64,000 nt of DNA, from contig NC_090599.1 of assembly GCF_000497125.1 (NCBI RefSeq), positions 248,001-312,000 on the forward strand, read 5' to 3'. The notes below the pieces were generated by a model, which was not told where the DNA came from, ran no database searches, and worked only from the letters and a program-made list of their open reading frames with translations. The translations under genes were made by a program, and so were the position numbers. The stretch comes from Spironucleus salmonicida (Eukaryota). Shown here piece after piece: positions 54,801 through 64,000 of the stretch; positions within the stretch are counted from its first letter, which is position 1, and each line of letters opens with the position of its first letter.

Positions 54801-55859
54801 TTTCTTCTTTACTAACAATAATATTTCTCTTCATAGTAATAAAATTTACTTGAAAAATCATTTGGATAAGATATTAACATACCATAAAAATTTTTGCCTT
54901 ATATTTTACAAAATTATTTTACTAAATAATAACTAATTTCTCTGTATAAAATGTGTAGTAAATATAAGGTTTTAAATAAGAATATAATAATTACTAAAAA
55001 TGATACTTAAATTACATAAGAAAAAATAGTATTTTTAATGTAAAAACACAAAACTGATGCTGCATTTTGTGACCAGCTTTTCAATCTGTTTAATGCATAA
55101 ATAAATTAGTTAGAAGAGTTTTTATTTGAAAATTTGATTAATCTTTTAGATAATGACATTATATTTCTTATTCTGAAACAAGTTTTCTTAAGTAATTCAT
55201 GTATATTATAAACAGATAACAAGCAAATCGCGGAATTAATAGGAAGCTTTATGCAATATAATACAATTATGCCATTTGAATATTATACTAGAATTAACAT
55301 CTGCACAACTTCATAAGACATTCAAAAACTTAATTTTAATAGAGACTACTATCAAAACGATTAAAATTGTGTTATATTGATTTATAATATTGAGTATTCT
55401 GTTGTTAAACCGTTGTTACATTCTAGGCATTATGGAAATATATATAGATTTGACTACAAAACAGGATCAATATAAGACAAAGAGTCTTATATAGAATTTA
55501 GCTCTTAGGTTGATATTAAAATTCTATATGTCTAATAGTAAGATGTTAATGATAAGTTTATTAACACATATGATATTAAAGTAAAAAAATTAAAAAAAGA
55601 TAAGAATGCAGATTATAATTCATACTAAATACACTAATCTAATAGCTAAACCATAAAGAAATATGATGAAACTCTAGATAGTTACGAGTAACTCCAAAAG
55701 TAATAACAACAATTGTTATAATTAATTCATAAATAAAATCAAAACCATAGTAGTATTAATGAAATAAACTAAGGATATTAACTATATAAGGACTCTCTTT
55801 ATGCGACAATAATTAATTTAATTGAATACAAAAAATATATTGTAGGTAATGTTGAATGA
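42807..55859 (+). CDS. Giant degenerate dynein-heavy-chain-like protein (4350 aa)
   Basis: Every TGA across 13,053 bp was checked and none is in frame before 55857. DHC-like segments occur in the expected order: tail, linker end (FQIVSFLSHSSLFDNL ~ FPRFYFLSNDELLEIL), stalk coiled coils flanking an MTBD-sized insert, NSHLAAFLLYQQQYF (~GDxLLxAAFLxYxGxF), and an AAA5-like region. Confidence 0.72.
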
Positions 55860-55904
55860 TTTGTATTTTATTATATATTATCATTTAACTCCCTTTTTAG
55901 GTTT

Positions 55905-56624
55905 ATGAATATTGTCTATGATGTTAAAAATATATAATCCTTTTAATTAAGCAATAAAGAATAGTATATAATAGATCTATTTGAGATATATGTCCCTATA
56001 TGTTATCATGATAATGCTTTTTATATATTTATTTAAGATGATTTATAACAGTATATAGACATCTTTACACCTGCTGTGTTTTGTCCTGAATTATATTAAA
56101 CAGCATTATTAAACTAATTTATTTACTAGTCTAATGTAAGTATTTATAAATAAAAGCTATATTTTAAAGAAAACTCTGTGTTATTTTTAATTAATATCAA
56201 AAATAATGTAAAAGATAATATAAAAATATAAAATAGGAAATTAACTATTAAGCAGTCATAAGTATAGCATGCGAATTTTAATAAGCTTAAACCCAATTAT
56301 GATATAATATCATTAATTAGAAGAGAAAATTATCATAATAAAAAGGATTCGATTTATTTTAATGAATTACACTAACCAGTTTATCCTATTCCATTTTTTA
56401 ACAAAAATATCGCTCTTAAAAGTATAATTGGTTTAAAAAATAACAACAATAAAAAGCAAAAGACAGTAAGTTTTTCATCTAACATATAAGTATTCGGCTA
56501 AGACATTGAGATCCATGTAGGAATCAGAAAAGGAATTCAGATTGATGATTCATAATTTGTAATATCCTAATTTACTAGAGATTACTGTTAAGAAGTATCT
56601 GATCTATTTTTATAAAATATATGA
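55905..56624 (+). CDS. Hypothetical protein (239 aa) with an RVxF-type motif
   Basis: ATG after a short TTATATATTA tract. KQKTVSFSSNIQVF resembles a PP1-docking motif. Confidence 0.6.
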
Positions 56625-56664
56625 ATTTAATCTGAATTAGTAAGTGATATTTTTACCAAATTAC

Positions 56665-58092
56665 TCAAATACCCCCTTCTACCCAATCTAAATAGTCAGG
56701 CTTTTCTGCTGCTGCATACTCTGCGATTAAACTCGTGCAGCTTTCTCTGGAATCCTAAAATTCTTATAGCATTTCTACATCTGACTCCCATAGTTCGCTT
56801 GATCGATAGTTTTACATAAATGGGGCCGTACGGCCTGTTTCTCCAAATTACTTATTAAAATCTTTGCTAATCCTCTAAAATATTTCTCTAACCGAAGTAT
56901 GGTTTGAAATAAGTAACCCTGATACCTTAGATTATTCAGCTATTAAAGGTGATCTTTTAGAAACTGCCAATTGAATATTTGATGGAGCCCAGGGTGAAAA
57001 TCTAACAGATCTACGTTCTTATAATCTAGTGACAGATCTATGTAATTATGTGGAATCTAATTAACCTTATAATAAATTTAATAAAGATATGTAAGTCCCA
57101 TCTCTAGAACAGGAAACAAGTCCATTTCCAGGGTGTAATAATCTCCTCATTACATCTAAAACTGATGTTTTTCTAACTTAATTTTATCCTTAGTACATAT
57201 CTTTGATTGCTTATTAAGCATCATATTCTTATTCCACTGGGTCAGTTGTCATAAGTTGCTAAATAGGAGTGAACGCCGATATTAAATAATGAAGTCTTGG
57301 AGTTGGAACTAAGCAGCCTATTAAAGATAGCATATCATTTACCATGAATCCAGGAAGTCTTAAAGTACTTGTTGATGCAGCCATAACTGTGGAAATAATA
57401 GCATTTGACTATTAATATCCAGATTTTGAATCTGCTGATTAGTGCTTTTCAACAATTCTATCCAATGATGTATTATCAATTGTAAAAACCGCATCTGCAT
57501 TATTTGTCAATCTCTTCATTGTCAACATGGAGTTATAAGGTTAAACTACAACCTCCGAAGTAGTATGATTTGGGAATACGGAAAAAGTTTGCAATAATTT
57601 CTTTGGATAGCGTTCTGATAATTTTTCTAATAAGCAAGATCCCATTCCTGAACCCGAACCTCCAGCAATTGAGTGTGTAAGGTTAAAGCCTGAAAAAGAA
57701 TCAGCCCCCTCAGCTTCTCTATCAATCATGTCTAAAATAATCTCAATGTCAACTTCTGTTTATTTATAGCCAGATGCCCAGATATTACCCGCTCCTGTTT
57801 AGTTCTTAGATATATAAATATTTTCAGGGTTGAACAATGATCTAACAGGTGATTCTTGACGAATGTAACCAATAGCTCTAGGTTCTAAGTCTAATAATAA
57901 TGCTCGAGGAATATAATGGTTATCATCTGCCTAATAAAAGAAAACATCTTTCCTATCATCAAAATTTATTGCTTCAGGAGCCAAAGAACCATTAGCCAAT
58001 ATACCGTGTTCTAGACACAGTCTATGCCAAAATTCTGCCCCAATTTAATTACCACATTAACCACACTGTAATGTTATTATTTCTCTCGGCAT
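56665..58092 (-). CDS. TUBG1: Gamma-tubulin (475 aa)
   Basis: [59 protein letters not shown] and PDYLDW. Confidence 0.98.
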
Positions 58093-58142
58093 ATATGAAA
58101 GGGAAAATTTATTAATAATTATAATATAATAATATATAATAA

Positions 58143-58721
58143 TCAGATACACCAATCTTAATTTAGTGACCACATAAATTCTGGCTCCTCTTTTGTATCT
58201 AATACTTCAAAAGTACAGTGTAATGTGCTAAAATTACCAATATTACTTAAATCTTATAGTTATGGTGGAATAGGAGTACGATAAATTGGGACCTGAGATT
58301 AATTTTTAAAACTAAAAACTTTTTTAAGAGTATTTTTAGCGTTATTGAATGCTATAGTAAATGAATTTCTATGATATTACTTACTTAGTTTTTATTTAAT
58401 AACAAACTGCATTTCTTTAGTAATATCACTACAATCTTTTAACAATTTATAAACTTCTGTCCTAATGATATTCATATCCGATTTTTCAATATTTCCAAAT
58501 AGATGTCTTTAAAAATTATCAAAATACCAACGATATACCTATTATTTTGATAGTCCTGTTTACAAAGCTAATTATTCCCACGGAAACGACTTTCTTTATT
58601 CTTATAAGACATTATCTAATATTGTATGGTCATTAATTAGTTACTATACTGTATATTAGGAATACTTAGACAAAATTTAGGCCATCTGTGGGATAACAAT
58701 TTATGACGACACTTTATGCAT
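58143..58721 (-). CDS. Divergent Myb/homeodomain-like HTH protein of a hexamitid-expanded type (192 aa)
   Basis: FPWEQLALQTGLSK...YRWYFDNFQRHL and YHRNSFTIAFNNAK. Confidence 0.65.
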
Positions 58722-58893
58722 TTTTAAATATACATCTCTTATTATTTTAGTAATAAATACAACATAATATAAAACCTATAATTAAATTCAAAATCATTAT
58801 AGTTAATAGTGCAAATAGGAGAATAATAATAATATTTTTAAATGTAGAATCTTTAAAAACTAAAATGAAATAGAATAAACCATAAAACGAGAG

Positions 58894-60651
58894 TCATTTA
58901 AGCCTTCTTGCAGCTTTACCCATTTTTTGCTAAAGAGCTGCACCAGGTCTGCCATCCGGACCAACACTAGGGGCTACACCAGCGGCATCTAATTTTCTCT
59001 TCATTTCTTTAGTCTTATTTTGTTCTTTCTTGATATTTTAAGTATCGTTAGGCATATTGAATGTCTAGTCCACCAATAAGACAATACAAGCAGCCTCTAC
59101 AGCGGATCTCAAAGCATTCACACGGATATTTGCAGGTTCCCAAATAAATGCTTCCATAGCATCAATTGTTGTATAATCATTTTATATATCAACACCTTAC
59201 CAGCAAATTTCATTGTTTCTAATTCCTTTTGCATGCTTCGAACGAAGTTGATTTAATATATCAGTAGAATCAAACCCTGCATTATCACACAAAGCGCGAG
59301 GAATAACTTCTAAAGCATTAGCAAATGCTTCTATTATAATTTACTCTTTACCTGAAATAGTTTTGCAATGTCTTGATAAATATTAACTTAATTGCATTTC
59401 AATAGAACCTGCACCAGCTATAACAGTAGGTGTTTTAACTGCTCTACGGACAACCATAATAGCATCATGTAAAGATCTTTCAGATTCAGCAATAAATTAT
59501 TCAGCCCCACCTCTAAGGATGATTGTGCATACTTTTAATTCATCAAAACCAGTTATAAAGTTGAAACGTTCAGCACCAATTTACTTTTCTTCAAAAAGCT
59601 TTGCATCACCTAATACATTAGTTTGAATGTCAGATACTGCTGAAATTATATTTGCATTAGTTTATATAGAGATTCTCTTAAGATCAGCATCTGTAACTCT
59701 TCCAGCGCCGAAAATGCCATGATCTGCAAAGAATTATGTTGCCAAATCACCAATTGATTTATTTGAGAATACTACAGTGGCTCCAGCTTCTTTAATCATA
59801 TTAAGTTTGTTATAAATAATAGAATATTCGGCTTCAACAATCTCTTTGAACTTAGAAGGATCATTAAGACGGATTTCAGCGCCTTCTTTTTCAGCAGACC
59901 ACTCTAACTCAAAATTAAGTAATAAAATTTTAGGAGATTCAATGCATTTTTTGTATTATTCATGACCAGCATACGAAAATGTTTTCTTGAAAGCTATACC
60001 ATGTACTAAAAAGGACTCTTGAAGAGCACCACCTAAAACTTATTTAATACCTAAGTTGTGAAGATCCAATTAATCATCATTTCTTTTAAGGGCCAAAACG
60101 GCATCAACACACATTTGAGAAAACTACTCTTTGCACGGAGCAATGAGTTTAGAATTCATAGCCGTACCAGCAAGTTTTTTAAGAGTCTGAGCATATTACT
60201 GATCTTCGAACTTTCTTTCAACCGAACGGATCCTATCAATGCATATAGATAATGCTTTTCTGTAGCAACGAGCAATGATACGTGGATGAACTCCATCTTC
60301 AACTAATTATGAAGAATGTTTTAAGAAGGAACCTGCTAAAACACAAACTGAGGTAGTACCATCACCGATTTCTGAATCTTATGACTTAGAAATATCAACT
60401 AAACAGCGAGCAGCTGGATGAGTGACATCTAAAAGAGATAATATTGTTGCGCCGTCGTTAGATACAGTTGCATTTCCACCTTTAATAAGCATCTTATCCA
60501 TACCTCTTGGTCCAAGAGTGGTTTATAAGATATCAGCGAGTGAAACACAGGCTTTTATATTAGTTAATAACTGTCCTTTACCCTATGAGGTATCTGTACC
60601 CTCTTTGAGAACTACAATTGCAGGTTATAAACCAAATTTTGACTGCTGCAT
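58894..60651 (-). CDS. CCT7: Chaperonin CCT/TRiC subunit eta (585 aa)
   Basis: [44 protein letters not shown] and [14 protein letters not shown]. Confidence 0.97.
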
Positions 60652-60751
60652 TTATAAAATGTTTGGAGTGAAGAGAAAATTTTAACTAAATTAGATCATA
60701 AAATAATATATAATTAATACTTTATTCAAAATCATTTGTAAATAAGTGGGA

Positions 60752-61120
60752 ATGAATCATGAAGCTATTGTTCAAAAGTTGCGGCAGTAATAATAGCATT
60801 CAAAACTAATCGCTCTTTAGAAGTTAGTAAAAATTTATAATCTTAATACCATTTTACCCAACCTCCTTCATTCACTAATGATTGAAGATGTTATTTATCA
60901 TGATAAACATGATTACTTAGCATTGAAGAATGAGATTTTACAATAGAATCTGATTTTTTATTAAGCCTAATTGCCTATTCTTCTAATAAATATTCATGGA
61001 TATCTTTTTACTCTTTCTCTTCTTTAAAAATAATAAATTTGCTTACAATTTTATTAACTTTAACCTTACTAAAGCTAGTAGAGTAAACAATAATCTATTT
61101 GTAATCAAAAATAGCTTTGA
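60752..61120 (+). CDS. Hypothetical protein (122 aa)
   Basis: ATG-TGA ORF divergent from CCT7. Low complexity, so it could be spurious. Confidence 0.4.
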
Positions 61121-61207
61121 TATGTATTTTAGGTGTTTATAGTAACTACCGAAACACCTATTTACTCATTTATGACCAAATACTTTGTGTATTATATAAT
61201 AATTATA

Positions 61208-62059
61208 TCAATCAATCGCAAGATACAGTGGCCCTTATCTCTAAAAGTCCCTAATCGTTTTCTCCAATTGCTCTATCTTATCAGCACAATCCTCCCTAGC
61301 CTTCATTCCGCTCTAAGTATCATTTGTAAATTTGAACGAATGTAAGCGTTTCTGCTCAACGTTCAAAGCCTCCTTCAATTCTGCTAATAATTGAACACGC
61401 TCATCATCACCAACTTCCCTACATCCTCTAGGGATTTTAGACAGTCTAGCCCTTTCTTGTTTTTCCCATTCATCTTAGTCTTTCTTTGACATCTCTTCCA
61501 TTTTTCTCTGCCTCAGATAGTCTGGAATCTGTCCCAACTTCTACTTAGATATCTCCTCTACCTGCTCGGACGGTTTACTAATTTTAGAATTTTCTTTGTT
61601 TTGTTTGATAAAATTCACGTTTTTAGGTTTTGGAGCTTCTGGAATTGGTCCTTTTTTCGTAATAACTTATCTGGCACTAGACTAACGATCACTATTTCCA
61701 CCTTCACTTGAACCACTTGCGTTCTTCACTCTTGGGGCCATGATATTGCTGTGGACCTGGCCTTCATTTTTTCTTAAAAATTAATGCGTCTAATCGGGCT
61801 TGTTTTGGTCCAGAGTTTACTAAATTTTAGGCTAGGCGTTTTCAAACTCTTTAAGTCTAAAAGCTGGCACTGCAGCCTTCTACTCCTACTCTAGCTATTT
61901 TTAGGCGATTTCGTTCTCTTTACACTTAATTTACTGCGCATTTTCCCGCATAAAATTCTTTGGTTCAATACCAGCGCGTTTTTATTTCTCTCTAATCGAG
62001 TCACATGGTGCTATCATGTTACCGATGATTGAGGAAGAGTGATGGTAACGATTTGACAT
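61208..62059 (-). CDS. ENKD1: Enkurin-domain protein, ENKD1-like (283 aa)
   Basis: PKNFMRENAQQI, FRLKEFENAQPK, NFIKQN, LGQIPDYL, IPRGCREVGDDERVQLL and LEKTIRDF...LYL. Confidence 0.85.
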
Positions 62060-62310
62060 TTGTGTATAGGAATTTTATTAACTTATGAATAATTTAGTAT
62101 AATAATTATATTTGTGTGGTCATATTAAAAATATTTATCAATATATTATATATCATATAATATAATATTAATTTAATTTAATTTAATTTATCGTCATTAC
62201 TGTACTCCGATTATAACAAATTAAATACTTTAGAATAAATTATATTAAAAATAGTATGTAATTATTTATTATTATTATACTATTTGTTATATGTACAAAA
62301 TATAACTAAA

Positions 62311-62766
62311 ATGAACTTTTTAGAAACAATCCCAATTACTATTAACACTATTTTAGATGGAATCACTATTGATGAGAATTTATTAGTAGATAAATCTCTT
62401 CTTCCATACGAAATTGTTGATATTATCACAGTTGCATATGATATATCGTAGATCGCATCGCAGCGTCTTTATGAAATAATTATTCCTCAGCTGAACGTTT
62501 AGCCAATAAACCTTAGTCAAATCGTAGATATTAATATTAAAGTATCTTACTAAAATATCATTTTGAATCAAGCTTTGAAATTAAATTTATCATATTTTTG
62601 TCCATATGAGATTGCTGATAACTTGATTACTGATTATTAATTAGGTGGAACTGCATTAGAATACGGAATATGGGCTAAGCTGATAGTTTTCGCATTATTA
62701 AAAGGAATCTATGATGGTAGTGTTGGTGTTACTGGGGAATAAAATGTTGCTATTTTAGAAGAGTGA
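62311..62766 (+). CDS. Minimal SNF5/SMARCB1(INI1)-like protein with two RPT repeats only (151 aa)
   Basis: TIPITINTILDGITIDENL...PYEIVDII aligns with RPT1 (LVPIRLDMEIDGQKLRDAF...PEMFSEIL). IVDINIKVSYQNIILNQAL...PYEIADNLITDYQLGG aligns with RPT2 (RVIIKLNIHVGNISLVDQF...PEKFALKLCSELGLGG). Confidence 0.7.
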
Positions 62767-63678
62767 GTTACTTGCTACTGAATATAAAAATTGTTTTTAT
62801 TTTTTACTAGTTAACCGTTCATTATTAAGATTTTAAATGGTTTTAAGGCATGATTATATTGTATAATAAATTATGAGATGAATTTTTAATAACAAACAGA
62901 AGATAGTATAATACTTATTCACTCATGCTTTGTTTCTCTATAACTTTTTGATCTATACAATACATATTTATTAATCAGCAAATTTTCAAATAATCTTAGA
63001 AGATATACATAAACAATATCTAATCAACTTTCATTTTTATATATACTAACTATATATGTGTCAATTACTATTTACTCCCTTCAGTAATAAAAATTATTTA
63101 TTGTGCATTTTTAAAATTAGCATATTAATTTTTAATTAGTGTGTTTTGCAATAAAAGTATAAGTCATAACATATTAAATTAAGCTATTATATGGTTATTA
63201 TAATTGCAGTCTGTTTAGCTTAATCATATTTATAGGTTCCTTAGATGTTATAATAAAATTGCGTAAATTTTCATTATTAAGTTTCATATTTGACCTATAT
63301 TAAGTAGTAAAAATGCTATACATATATATTATAATTATTAAACGTGTTTATATTTTTATTATCATATTATTTTAAAATATTGATTCGATTTTCAAAATTA
63401 AATAATTTGAAGATTTGAAGATTTTTAATATTAAATATATTTCAAATAATTTTAACTCATAAAATTTTGAAATAGCACCCGTTATTTTAATGTCATGATG
63501 CTTCTTGTTTAAGTTATATTCACATATATATCTACCATGTTAAGTAAACACTACATCCTGATTCAACATTAAAAAAATAATATTAATATCTTTGCGAAAT
63601 TAATTATAAAATAATCGTCTTTGACCTTATTCTATATGAATATTAATACTATTATTATGATCACATTATCATTATATT

Positions 63679-64000
63679 ATGCAGATAACATTACAAATCT
63701 GTTCTCCTGTAAAGTAAATAAGATTTCACTCCCAGACAACACCACATTTTCCACATTAGACAACACCACATACTTTACAAAATTAGCTAGCACATGTACT
63801 ACAAAATATACCTAGTACAGATTTTTTCTAGCATTTTTCACAACAAAATTGCTACCCAGAAACATCAAAATTAGATCGCGCTTAGCCTGTAAAAACATCA
63901 TGAATCTAGAGTTCAAGAGCATCATTCTAAATTACTTAGAAACTACCCTTACAGAGACGCGCTATTTAGTGAGAATCATTTAATTTTGAAGAAAAAATTT
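63679..64000 (+). CDS. Hypothetical protein, 3'-truncated by the window edge
   Basis: ATG 63679 frame (MQITLQICSPVK...) is open to the end of the window, and composition shifts away from the AT-rich spacer. Confidence 0.45.

Noticed and set aside
42807-62059. Apparent cytoskeletal gene cluster (dynein-like, gamma-tubulin, CCT7, ENKD1)
   Set aside because: Flagellar and cytoskeletal genes are abundant in diplomonad genomes, the genes are interleaved with unrelated ones, and there is no evidence of co-regulation.
264-63815. Most ORFs in the supplied six-frame track
   Set aside because: They were computed with TAA/TAG as stops. They are fragments of longer TAR=Gln genes or opposite-strand/out-of-frame shadows (e.g. 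3005..3376, 25778..26098, 27051..27269, 60422..60685).
1-64000. Prokaryotic features (CRISPR arrays, IS elements, operons), rRNA/tRNA genes, transposase or RT ORFs
   Set aside because: None seen by eye. The gene content is eukaryotic. Small RNA genes could be missed without covariance-model searches.

Overview
This is gene-dense, very AT-rich eukaryotic DNA from a hexamitid diplomonad (Spironucleus-like; inferred, not database-checked). It uses the nuclear code in which TAA and TAG encode Gln and TGA is the only stop, so the supplied ORF track is almost entirely fragments and shadow frames. Re-translated by hand, the window holds about 40 intron-less CDSs. Recognisable genes are SPC3, a RasGEF, MLH1, proteasome beta5, a CYTH protein, a PDI-like protein, NOP56, GrpE/Mge1, gamma-tubulin, CCT-eta, ENKD1, two Myb-like proteins, and LRR, ankyrin and WD40 proteins. 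The most unusual items are: (1) a head-to-head pair of full-length-colinear paralogues encoding type II membrane-anchored, beta-strand-repeat fibre-like proteins (35006-38117); (2) a 4350-aa ORF with dynein heavy chain architecture but no P-loops and no AAA6/C-terminal domain (42807-55859); (3) a P-loop-less kinesin-like protein; (4) a 151-aa minimal SNF5/INI1-like protein; (5) an MLH1 with a degenerate ATPase lid and FERC changed to FNRL; and (6) recurrent GC-rich islands with a C-to-G strand-skew switch that is independent of gene orientation. All assignments come from manual translation and motif recognition; no searches were run.
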